Source of the DNA: Octopus vulgaris
Lineage: Eukaryota
Assembly: GCA_951406725.2 (NCBI GenBank)
Contig: OX597828.1
Location: forward strand, 43,958,001 to 44,022,000
Length of the DNA: 64,000 nucleotides
Direction of reading: 5' to 3'
In this document: piece by piece, positions 15,008 through 27,576 of the stretch
How the letters are laid out: each line of letters starts with the position of its first letter
Numbering within the stretch: position 1 is the stretch's first letter
Notes under the pieces: generated by a model
Seen by the model: the letters and a program-made list of their open reading frames with translations, nothing else
The model's database searches: none
Told to the model about the DNA's origin: nothing
Program-made: the position numbers and the translations under genes

Positions 15008-15420
15008 TCTATCTTTTACTTGTTTCAGTTATTAGACTGCGGCCATACTGTTGCACCGTTTTGAATAATTTTAGTCGAACGAATCGACCACTGTACTTAA
15101 TTCTTACATTTTTCTTACTTTTTTTTATCGGTGTCTATTGCTTAACCACTAATTTACGAGGATGTAAACACACCTCTACCTGTTATGTAAAGCTGCGGAA
15201 AGAGAGGGGGTCCGAAACAAACAGAGACACAAATCCACAAATCCACACACACTGTGTTATCTTTATACGGCAGGCTTCTTTCAGTTTCCGTCAATTGAAT
15301 CCACTTACGAAGCTTTGATCTAATAGTATAGTCGACGACAGTTGCTCAAGGTGCCTCGTAGTGGGACTGAACCAGAAACCAAGTGGTTGAGACACAGACT
15401 TCTTACCGCATAGCCAGGAT
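15008..15420 (-). mobile_element. SINE family B, diverged
   Basis: cttttacttgtttcagttattagactgcggcc ... ggcttctttcagtttccgtc ... gtgggactgaacc. Confidence 0.7.
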
Positions 15421-15552
15421 TGTACATATATGGAAATAGAGATGTGTATATGTGTGTGTTTGCGCATGCGTAAACTTACACACACAGGCAGACAGACCCA
15501 CAAGACATATACATATGTATATATGCATACATATATACATACTTATACATAC

Positions 15553-15607
<55 letters not shown>

Positions 15608-15630
15608 CAGATAGATAGATAGATATATAG

Positions 15631-15666
<36 letters not shown>

Positions 15667-15669
15667 GCG

Positions 15670-15725
<56 letters not shown>

Positions 15726-16654
15726 CCCCAGTTACAATATTCGTCAAAATAATCTTTTTTTTTTAATTTCATAACGCCGTTGTTTCACATTTTACAAATT
15801 GCTTTCTATTAAAATTGGTAGGCAACACGCATACATTTTTAATATGTTAAAACTAACGCGTATATGACAACGTTTCTTCTGTTTTTTGTTTAAACACGGA
15901 CGTTTAGTTCCTTCTCATACTTGTTACCAAATATAATAACTCTTACACGAATTGCATCTTAGAGACGTTTTGTTTTTTATTTTATACAAATCTATTCAAT
16001 TCCAGCTTGTTGATGTTTCATTCTTAAAGTGCATCGTTTTGTATATAAATTACTATATATCCATACAAATTCTGCAACAAATATTCCAAAATATATCATT
16101 TTACTCGAAGTTTTGTCCCTAATTTCACGAACATCAGATAGATCGATTCTGTTTTTTTTTTAAATGCGCTTTGTTAAACGACACTGATTTTTGTTTATAC
16201 TTTTGTTGTATGAAATATAATTAAACACATAGACTTTCTTATCTTTTCTAAAACTACAGTCTATGAGATTTTATTAAATTGTTGTTATCTCTCTTGGTTT
16301 TCTTAATCCAGCCAACTAAGTAAGCTGCCTTTAATTTGTTTAAATCTTATCTTACATATTTGTAGATCTTCTTTATAAGTTTTTACGTATAGCTGCATAA
16401 ATTGTAATTGTTAAATTTCTAGCCTGTTTGTCTTTAAACCAGACACGTTTAACTTTTATGTGGATGTTAGTACGAATGTTATTGTTATTTCATTAATTGT
16501 GATATGTTTTACAAGTAGTTTTGACAAATGTTGTTTTAATTATTCCCTGGCGGAAGCTAATCTGTTTATTATGTCCGAGGTTTGTGAATATAATCGATAA
16601 AGTAAAGATCAGATTCATTCCCCCAGCGTGGCAACTTTAGTTTGTTTCTTGTAT

Positions 16655-16752
16655 TATAGCCTCGGGCCAGCAAAAGCCTTATGAGTGGATTTGGTAGACG
16701 GAAACTGAAAGAAGTCTATCGTATATATATATGTGTACATATATATATATGT

Positions 16753-16801
<49 letters not shown>

Positions 16802-17047
16802 CATGTATGTATGTGTGGGTTTTGTGTCTGTGTATGTATGTGTCTCTGTATTTTCCCCACCATCGCAGGACAACCACTGTTGATGTGTTTACGTTCCCGT
16901 AACTTAGTGGTTCGGCAAAAGAAACCGATATAATAAGTACCAGGGTTTTAAAAATGTCCTGGGATCGATCCATTCAACTAATAATATTTGATAGGGGAGC
17001 CTCAGCATGGCTGCAGTCTGATGACTGACACAAGTAAAAGCTAAAAG
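16655..17047 (+). mobile_element. SINE family B, 5'-truncated
   Basis: tatagcctcgggccagcaaaagccttatgagtggatttggtagacggaaactgaaag, internal microsatellite, then cagcatggctgcagtc. Confidence 0.8.
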
Positions 17048-17099
17048 TTCCCAACAGGGGAGTGCTGCAAGCGGGCGTTTGCTGGGAATACATAGACAG

Positions 17100-18110
17100 G
17101 CAAGGAATTCCTTAGTGCTTAATTTCTTTCGCGTAAGGACCGGACATCGTCGTTATTACGAGAAATTCAAAGGGTAGAAAACTAAGATTGACTAAAGGTG
17201 AATACAAAAGGATGTCTGTGGAGTCTGTGCAGTGATGGAATAAAATCTTTCATGAGTCACTGTAGAATAGCCAAAGAGCAGAGATATAGCATATGTGGTT
17301 CAAAGATTGGAGTTCGATGCTGAGCAGTTCCATGACAATCACTCACGTGACATGTCTTTGGGGGTGGAGTGGCTTATATTTTCATTTCAGTTTGGTCTAA
17401 ATGAAGGAGCCTGTAAAAATGAGCTTCAGATGCCCTCCCAGACTGGTGATGTCAAAGTGGTTGACACTTCCATAGATCTGATGTAAATCAACGACTGAAA
17501 GAAAAATCTGTACAGAAAGAGTATTTCAGATTGATGTCATTTGAGGGAGGAAGTACAACATGTGGTTGGTTAGTGTGGGTTCAGATATAGGAAGGCAATA
17601 TCATAAAATTTCATATAAGTTGTCAAGACGCTGGAGTATGCTTTCAACCGACCAAGGAATGACATTGTTGAGAAGGATATCCTTGATTACGCGTTTCACC
17701 TCAATTTTGTTTAAGTTAGAAGTTGTTGGAGATTAAAGTAGTCTCTTCATCTAGGAAAGAATTCCTGTCTCCCTGCTGAAGTTTACATCATGTAGAAATT
17801 TTACATTCAGGAGTAAACGTCCTACGTTAGGGTCCATGATGATTCTGGTTGCATGCTGTCAATATTCTGCGAGGTTGAATGGGCTGGGATACTGGTTTCA
17901 TAATACACGAACGATGATTATCTCTTCGACATATTGGTGGAGGTTGTATTAACACCACCCCATCGGGGTGGGTAGGGTTTATTTCCGGAGTCTCTATTCA
18001 GAATATCAGTGCAAATTTGGGATAAGGTTACGTTGATGGGGTTTGGGTAAAGAAAATAAGTTCAGAATAAAGAGTAGTATCATAGGCATAGAGTAGGTAT
18101 TATTGGATGT
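17100..18110 (-). pseudogene. Highly decayed Penelope-like reverse transcriptase remnant
   Basis: Minus-strand motifs in the expected order: LYFLPQ (~17545-17560, cf. YxLPKIHK), FDITSL (~17440-17457, cf. FDVxSLF/YT) and RNNDDV (~17143-17161, cf. RYIDD), the last two about 100 codons apart; frames broken; may extend to ~18900 past the SINE. Confidence 0.45.
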
Positions 18111-18114
18111 GAGT

Positions 18115-18527
18115 GGAGGCGCAATGGCCCAGTGGTTAGGGCAGCGGACTCGCGGTCGTAGGATCGCGGTTTCGATTCCCAGACCGGGCGTTGTGAGTGT
18201 TTATTGAGCGAAAACACCTAAAGCTCCACGATGCTCCGGCAGGGGATGGTAGTGATCCCTGCTGTACTCTTTCGCCACAACTTTCTCTCACTCTTTCTTC
18301 TTTTGGCCTGCTCGCTTATCCAGCGGGGTGGCGTCATCTCTCACTCTTACTTCCTGTTTCTGTTGTACCTGTATTTCAAAGGGCCGGCCTTGTCACTCTC
18401 TGTGTAACGCTGAATATCCCCGAGAGCTACGTTAAGGGTACACGTGTCTGTGGAGTGCTCAGCCACTTACACGTTAATTTCACGGATCAACCGGAACCCT
18501 CGTCGTCGTAACCGACGGAGTGCTTCC
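18115..18527 (+). mobile_element. tRNA-derived SINE family A, chimeric tail 2/tail 1
   Basis: Near-identical to 4695-5084 except for an insert at 18296-18337 matching the tail of 43522-43828. Confidence 0.85.
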
Positions 18528-20500
18528 TCCTCCTATCGGATGTGACCCAAGTAGATCGTTGACGTATGAGAGCAACCAGGTCCCTGTCAACTAGGTAGCA
18601 AAGCAGAATCAGGAGCTCCTTCAGTAAACGCCACTGGAGAGCGATATGACAGGATGTTTCCACTTAGAAACCAAAAGATAAAACTCATAGGCGATAGCTT
18701 TGCCAACCGATGTTCGACCTAAGTAACATCGAGTGAGCCGATAACAGCATACTTTTTACTAAATTTCTCACACGTCCGGTTGATATGATTTTAGAAATCC
18801 TCAGTTTGGCCATTAAACATAATTTCAGATTTAAGGTTTTTGAGAAGATATTTAGTAATAATTGAGTCCATCATATTTGAGATTCTGGAAAGAAGTAAGA
18901 TATGACGATTTCTGGGAGAGCCATTTGGTTTACATACAGAAATGAAACATTTCTATAAAAACTATGTATTTTTAAGGCTTTGCTAAGGTAGTTCTTCTTT
19001 TATGCTTTGTTAATTTGAAAGAATTATTGCATGATAAATATTTATATTTTGTAACAATGTAGCTCTGCTCAGGAAAAATCAATGTTCAAACATATTCCAG
19101 TCGTGCTTACCACATCATTATCATAATATCCAGTGTTCCGGGGACCGCATTTTCGAATCCCACCACCAACATATTTGTGTCAAAATAGCGTGACATGGTG
19201 GAGATTAGGGTGCTATTTCTAGCCAATGATGCGAACTCGTGCAGTCTCTAAATAAGAGTTCACAGATACACTATAGACAAATTCTATCAATGTAGCTTGC
19301 CCGCCGCGGTACCGATTCTGTTCATTCCACTCCAACAACGACTGAATATAAGTCTAATTACTAGTGTTCTTGTTATTTTTATATTCATCATTGTTGTTAC
19401 TATGAGAGATACGATGTATTACATCATAACCAAATCCGTATTCAATAATCAGCTTTAGGGTTAAAATCTTAAATTATTTTGTGGTCGATATTTTGATTAC
19501 ACTCCGTTGCTGAACAAAGAGCTCAGTCAACTCCTCCAACAATTTATTCTCGCATGTGTAACCCAAAATAGGAATTTCTGCGTGTTATCCAATATAATTC
19601 TCGCATCTGCAGACACCAGAGTATATTCAAACGCGAAGAGTTTACAGGATAATGTAGTTCTAAATATACAATAGTCTTGTATTCTTTTACATTTTTTTAC
19701 AGCCTTAAGGTTGTGCCCATGCTGGGGCACCTAGAAAACAAAGCATGAAAATTAAAATTAACTTCCGAACAATCACAAGACTGTAGTTCTTTGGTCAGAT
19801 AAGTTATTAAGCAGCACTGACCCTGGGTCTAAACAGTAATTCTAACAATGATCTAAGCAATAAATTGATTTTTCTCTTTTGAAAACTTGCAAAAAACAAA
19901 AAACAAAAAAAATATTATTCATTTGTTTATATATCGTAACGTTATCACTTTGAGGCAAATATAGGCCACATTGTAATTTTAGCCGCCATTTTCGATTGTA
20001 ATATTATGATGATTTGCTCTTCTTTACGTTGGTGTGGTTATAGCTGTAGTTGTAGCTGTTGCTGCTGCTACTGTTGTTGTTGTTGTTCTTGTTGTTGTTA
20101 TTGTTCTTATTGTTGTTGTTCTGGCTGATGATCCGATATTATTGCATGTCTGTCAGTGATTTGATAGCATATCGCGGAAGACGGTAAAAGTCTTCCAACG
20201 CTTTGCATGTAAAGCTGTCATTAACACGAGATCTTGCCCATCTCGTTAATCTGATCTGATATTCATTCTAAAGCCCAGCATAACACAATCTCATGCATAC
20301 ATAAACGCAGAGACGCACCACGAAGGCGGACTGACATGCACTCATAGGAACATAAGGGTACGGGCGCGCACATACACTCCTGTGCGTATACATACAAGTA
20401 TGTATATAATGTATATAGGTGTATGTGTGTATATGCAGATATATACATATATATATATATATATTACGGAGTTTATATATATATATATATTATGGAGTTC

Positions 20501-20533
<33 letters not shown>

Positions 20534-20589
20534 CACACATAAACACAAGTGTATATCGGTACCGATATCTGTAAGTATAACTAGCTATA

Positions 20590-20639
<50 letters not shown>

Positions 20640-20947
20640 AACGTATGTGTGCCTACGTGTGGATGTGTCTCGATGTGTGTTTGAGTGCGTGTATGCACGC
20701 GCGTGTCCCAGTGTTTGTGAGTTTGTGCGTGTCTGTTTCTGTGTGTGTGTGTGTGTGTCTGTGTGTGTGTGTATGTGTGTGTGTGTGTGCTTGGTGTGTT
20801 TGGAGAGTCTGTATATACTCAGAAGTAGAATGAAGCAATGTATGAATGTATAAGTGATTGATAGCACGAAGATAATTCACAGGACCAATGTTCGTGTTTT
20901 TTTACAGACATTCTAAATTCCATTAGAGATTTACTCAAAGAACACAT

Positions 20948-21011
<64 letters not shown>

Positions 21012-21272
21012 TTTATTCTTTTACTCGATTCAGTTGCCCGACAGCGTCCATGCTGGAGCACAATCTAGAAGGGTTTTATTCGAAAAAATTAACTTTATCG
21101 GTTCTTTTGCCTAACCGTTAAATTATGGGGACATAAACACACCAACAGAGGGTGCCAAGTGGTGATAGGTTGACGAATACAAGCACAAAGACATACACAC
21201 ACACACACACACATAGACACACACACAGATATATCTGTGTGAATGTATATATATATCATAATATATATATAA

Positions 21273-21521
21273 ATGCGCACTTTTTTAAAGCCTAGCCAGA
21301 CTCAGGGGTCTGGTTTCCCGGTTTCTATAGCGTATGCTCTCCCCAGCTGGATTGGACACCAGTCCACCGCAGCGTTATTAACTTTTGCCAGCTGAGTGGA
21401 CTGGAGCAACGTGAAATGAAGTGTTTTGCTCAAGAACATTTCGCGTCGCGCGGTCGAGGAATCGAAACCACAATCTTACGATCATGATATTGACACCTTA
21501 ACCACTAAGCCACGCGCCTCC
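21273..21521 (-). mobile_element. tRNA-derived SINE family A, tail type 3
   Basis: Reverse complement of the 2043 element (ggaggcgcgtggcttagtggttaagg...). Confidence 0.8.
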
Positions 21522-21811
21522 ACACGCACACACGTGTATATATATATATATTTATATAGATGTGTGTGTAATGTATATATGTATGTATATACATTACACA
21601 CACACACACACACATATATGTATATATAAATATATATATATATATATATAGGTGAGAAAGTTGGTGTGTGAAACCACGTGGCTCGATGTATAAAAAATAG
21701 AAAAGAGTGAAAAAACTACACAAGGGTTGTTTTATAAGGTTAATGAATATATTTAAGTCGTTATGTTAGAAAAATGTTGTAAAATTTTCGTGTATAGTAA
21801 CATAGTTTTTG

Positions 21812-21850
21812 GAGAAATAACCGGTTTCGTGTAAAGTTTTCAAATTTCTC
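21812..21850 (-). ncRNA. Minimal hammerhead-ribozyme-like motif (U3-A8 core), stem II decayed
   Basis: GAGAAAT-TTGAAAA-ctttacac-GAAA-CCGG-TT-ATTTCTC: 7-bp stem I and palindromic stem III. Confidence 0.5.
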
Positions 21851-22130
21851 AAATTTCTTTACCTACATCATGTCATGTCTTCGTTGTGTAGTACAAAGAG
21901 GAGTTCTAGGCAGGGGAAGGTAGTCAGGGATTTCTTTCGGTATAAGGGAAATAATCGCTTTATATATTTTTTCTTTTTTTTCAATGGGATTAGTTTCTTT
22001 GTATAAGAATGTTAGGATGGTTAAGTTTAGTTTTTTTTCTTTTTTTCAAAGCCTTGTGAGTGGATTTGGTAGATGGAAACTGAAAGAATTCCGTCGTATT
22101 TTTTTTTTCTAGTTTCAGCTCAGAGCTGCG

Positions 22131-22193
<63 letters not shown>

Positions 22194-22438
22194 TGTTCTG
22201 TCTGGGGAGAATCATTTACTTTTTGTGCCTTATAATGTAACACACTCACCGGTAAAATTTCCACTTTTTTTTATTTTTATTTTCCTAAAATTTTCCTAAA
22301 ATTGCGTCTTGCATCTATTGAAAAGGTTTCAAGACGCATCGAAAATTTTATAGAAATTAAAGAAAAAAGTGGAAATTTTACCAGTGAGTGTGTTACATTA
22401 TAAGGCATAAAAAAGTAAATGACTCTCTCTAGACAACA
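22194..22438. repeat. ~245-bp imperfect palindrome with a hammerhead-like motif at its centre
   Basis: Arms tcatttactttttgtgccttataatgtaacacactcaccggtaaaatttccact / agtggaaattttaccagtgagtgtgttacattataaggcataaaaaagtaaatga; motif at 22314-22354. Confidence 0.85.
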
Positions 22439-23117
22439 AAATATGCTTCAACACACGAACTCATAAAAAGAATCTTGAAAAACCAAATCCCAAAACGAAA
22501 TATATATACATGTGTATATATATATATCTGTGTGTGTGTGTATGTTTGTGTGTCTGTGTTTGTCCCCCACAATCACCTGACAACCGGTGTTGGTATGTTT
22601 ACGACCCCGTAACTTGGCAGTTCGGCAAAAGAAAAAGATGGAATAAGTACTAGGCTTACAAAAGAATATATATATATATATATACATGCATATATATATA
22701 TATATATATGTGTGTGTATATATGTATGCATTCACGTATGCATGCATGAATGCATGTAAGTATGTATGCATGCAACTATAAGTTGAGAGAACCCTTCATA
22801 AGTGATGACTAAGTTTAAATGCCTTCAGAGTTGCGTCCCAAAATACTTTCAACGAAATGTCTTAATATAAAAAAAGCATGGAGCTCCGATACAATATACA
22901 GGCGTTTATGGTTATGAAAAGGATTGAATTAATCTTTCAAATTTGAATTTAATCTAAATTGAATAATTAAATTTCAATTAAACTTAATTTTACTCACACC
23001 CAGTAGAATTTCATACGGATGATATGAAATTTAAGTGGAGAACGAAAACAAAAGTATTAATGCATGTAAGCTTGCTTAAGGCGGCTGGTTTTCATTCAAT
23101 ATGTATTTCTAATTGCT

Positions 23118-23131
23118 ATTATTATTATTAT

Positions 23132-23228
<97 letters not shown>

Positions 23229-23251
23229 TAATATTATTATTATTAATACTA

Positions 23252-23316
<65 letters not shown>

Positions 23317-23340
23317 GCAGTAATAATAATGAGCATGATG
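23118..23340. repeat. (AAT)n microsatellite
   Basis: Direct read. Confidence 0.95.
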
Positions 23341-23694
23341 ATATCGAAACATTGAAATCACAATCAAATAATACCATATATGAGAAAGTTACCCCGGAGC
23401 TTACAATTTAGCTAAACATTATCTGATCAAGATTAAAAGGGATTAAGATATAAGCTAAATTAATGGAAGTAGTAGCAGCTATTCATTGGGAGTTTATATT
23501 GCAACGTACATATATGTGTTTGTATATGTGTGTGTATGTATATGTATATGTGTGTATATATATATACATAGATATTTATATAAGTACATATATATATGTA
23601 TGTATAAATATATATAGGTATATATACATTTACATATGCATGTATACACATATATATATATAAATATATATAAGCATATATATGCATATATATG

Positions 23695-23758
<64 letters not shown>

Positions 23759-24161
23759 TATATGTACACAGTAGATTGTCTGTAACAATAGTTATACGCA
23801 TTAAGTTTTTTCTGCGTTCAAAGCCATTAATTTTTACTCAAATTTTCAAGAATACGGAGCCGAGAATCGTCTGATTGGACTAATTGCGCATACCACATTT
23901 CACCAAACTTTTTCCTGCAGTCGATATGAAAAAACGATACTTCATATAAAGCATGATAGATATTGTACTTCATATATTTTGTATATGAAATATATTATTG
24001 TATATATTCCATCATATATTCCATAAATTTCATAGTTGCAGGAATCGTTTTGTGATAAAGATCCGCTTGCAGCCAGGCAGTTCTTGTTTAGTCGCACTAA
24101 GCGATATCAAGACAATAGACATCTTTAAAAGACCTCTGCATTTTCAACATCGGACCGATTT

Positions 24162-24208
<47 letters not shown>

Positions 24209-24757
24209 GTTTGCATGGAGTCATATATCTAAGTGTGTGTTTGTCTTTATGTCTGACTTTGTGTCGCCATCACACATTGACAGTGTTGGCGTGTTTGCAC
24301 CACCATAACGTAGCGGTTCGGCAAAAGTGACCGAAGTAATAATGACTGCGGTCGATTCATTCGACTAAAAATTCAAGCCGGTGCTCCAGCATGGTCTTAA
24401 TCTATTGACTGAAAAATATGAGATAAAAGATTCAAGATACAAATGGTTCGTTATACCTGTGTTTCTATGCATATCATTACGAAAATCTACATATTTCAGG
24501 AAGTGGGTTCTTTCTGTCGATGGCGTCCGAAACAAGCATACACTTCAATTTAGAGATTCCGATGAAGCTCTAAGATGCGCTAAAACGACCCGTCTTTGAA
24601 TGGATTAACTCATATCTCATAGCAGAAACAACTGTAAGCTAATGAAATTGATTGCTTAATTTCTGTAGCTTACTTATCTCATTCACACACAGACACAGAA
24701 GGAAGGCGATGGAGAGAAAGAGATAGATATATCGATTGATAGATACGGATAAATATA

Positions 24758-24849
<92 letters not shown>

Positions 24850-25074
24850 AAATTTAGTGCCATCAACTAAACTTGACTAAGGGTGCCAATAACACCTACG
24901 TTGCTAGAAATAAGAGCTAAAATACTCCAGTACTGTTACAAAGTACATAACAAATACTATGATAGGAGCTGCAATCCTGATGTTCAAAATTTCTGACAAT
25001 TCCTTACCGGCCAGTTACAGCAATCTCCGTTGTCATCGTCAGTAAGATAACCATTATAATTTTTTGTGTGGTTC

Positions 25075-25119
<45 letters not shown>

Positions 25120-25191
25120 GTGTGTGTGTAATTGTGTGTATGTGTGTGTGTGTAAAAGAGAGAGAGAGAGATGGCTGTCCAATTGTGAATA

Positions 25192-25255
<64 letters not shown>

Positions 25256-25825
25256 ATATTTCAATATCTACAATCCTTTTCACAATCGAACTCTCAGAAT
25301 TCCACCTATCTTCTCCTTTCTTTTCTCTGTTTCTCTTTTCTAGTAGTTAACAACATCTTCCTCTTCCTATCAATTTTTTTCACCATTATTGCTACTAACT
25401 CCACACACAACGAATCTACTCTGCAAAAGTACCTCTCGTTTACAAAATAAGTATTTACAAATTTATTTCTAACCATCTCCAGCCTCCTAAATCTCCCCCG
25501 TGTAAATGAAACGTATTTTAAGCGTAGGTGGTGCCTACGTGCTTTCTGCCGTGTGAAATGGCGTGTGTGAACATGTAAAACTGTTGTTATTTCCTCCTTG
25601 TCAGCCATCTTGTACAAATTAAATGCTGTTTATGAAAGCAGACAAGTGGAAATGTGAAGACAAGGCGAACCTATGCACTAACACACGGAATAATATCATG
25701 TACGTTATGCGTAGCATCATTACAAAACCATGTACGTACACACATACACACACAGAGAAATACATACATATAATATATATTTACTTACATGCGCTTTTGT
25801 ATATGGATCTTTATATATGTGTGTC

Positions 25826-25895
<70 letters not shown>

Positions 25896-25915
25896 CATAC
25901 ATACATAATACAGAC

Positions 25916-25961
<46 letters not shown>

Positions 25962-26039
25962 TGTGTGTGTGTGAGTGTGCGTATACGTTTGTATATTTGT
26001 ATGCATAGTTAAATACATGCTTAATCTTACACATAAGCT

Positions 26040-26080
<41 letters not shown>

Positions 26081-26100
26081 GCATCCAGCATGCCTGTATA

Positions 26101-26321
26101 TACGACTGGGTGCTGAAAAGTTCCTGGCTTTAGAGGTATCACGAAATGACTGGGCTGGGACCCAACGGTGCGAGTTCTTGTAAGGGTCTTAGAAAAACTG
26201 AAGGACCACTGTCATAAATGTGTGTATCTGAGAAGAGGTATATGATCAATAAAATCATAATCACCTGATCCTCCTGTATTTTCTTTTACCCAATTCCTGG
26301 AACTTTTCGACAACCCTCGTA
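26101..26321. mobile_element. Mariner-type MITE
   Basis: ~27-bp TIRs TACGACTGGGTGCTGAAAAGTTCCTGG / CCTGGAACTTTTCGACAACCCTCGTA, TA ends, no ORF. Confidence 0.7.
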
Positions 26322-26408
26322 TATATGTACGTATATGTGTGTCTCTGTGTGAGTGAGTATGTGTGTGCATGGGGTATGTAGCACTATATACATATACATA
26401 TGCGCATA

Positions 26409-26813
26409 GGCGCAGGAGTGGCTGTGTGGTAAGTAGCTTGCTAACCAGCCACATGGTTCCGGGTTCAGTCCCACTGCGTGGCACCTTGGGCAAGTGTCTT
26501 CTGCTATAGCCTCGGGCCGACCAATGCCTTGTGAGTGGAATTTGGTAGACGGACACTGAAAGAAGCCTGTCGTATATATGTATATATATATGTATGTGTG
26601 TGTGTGTTTATGTGTCTGTGTTTGCCCCCTAGCATTGCTTGACAACCGATGCTGGTGTGTTTACGTCCCCATAACTTAGCGGTTCGGCAAAAAGAGACCG
26701 ATAGAATAAGTACTGGGCTTACAAAGAATAAGTCCCGGGGTCGATTTGCTCGACTTAAGGCGGTGCTCCAGCATGGCCGCAGTCAAATGAGTGAAACAAG
26801 TAAAAGAGTAAAA
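26409..26813 (+). mobile_element. SINE family B, full length
   Basis: tRNA-like head GGCGCAGGAGTGGCTGTGTGGTAAG...GGGTTCAGTCCC, internal (TA)n(TG)n and tail AAACAAGTAAAAGAGTAAAA. Confidence 0.88.
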
Positions 26814-27249
26814 TGAGAGATATGCATATTTCATCGTAGCTTAACAGGATCTTAATCGAAGCCCATAAAAATATCGGCTCCAGTATCAGGATCCATGGAT
26901 GCCTCATCCCCTGGTTCTGAACAGTATTAATGTATAGAGACGAAGATCAAAATCTCTTGGCTTAGAAAGGACTAGCTCTCTTTTTGCAGCTTTGCAATCA
27001 AACATATGCGTTTATATCGAAATAATTACACTTGCAAATAAGTATTTTTATACCCATCTCTCACTCTCTCTTTTCCTGTTTATCTATATATCTCCTTACT
27101 TGTCTATATACTTATCTATCTGTGTATGTGTGTGTGCTTATGCAAGTATAGTGAGACAAACACACACACACACATATATATATACATATTATATAGTATC
27201 TGTATATGTATACATATATAAATATATATATACATATACCATATATATC

Positions 27250-27280
<31 letters not shown>

Positions 27281-27512
27281 TATATATTTAATATATATAT
27301 AATTAATAATATCAGGGTAATAAAGATTTTAGAAATTTTTACTATTTGTGGCCTAGCATGTAGAAAAATTAGTTAATAGACTATATATTATTCATATTTT
27401 TCATTCTCTTCGAGTTTTTATACCCAATAGTGGTTTGGATCTTCGCTGTTCCTTCTAGCGTGAAAGTAATCCTATGACGGTTACCGCTTATGTGTTTAAA
27501 TATACACTGTAT

Positions 27513-27576
<64 letters not shown>

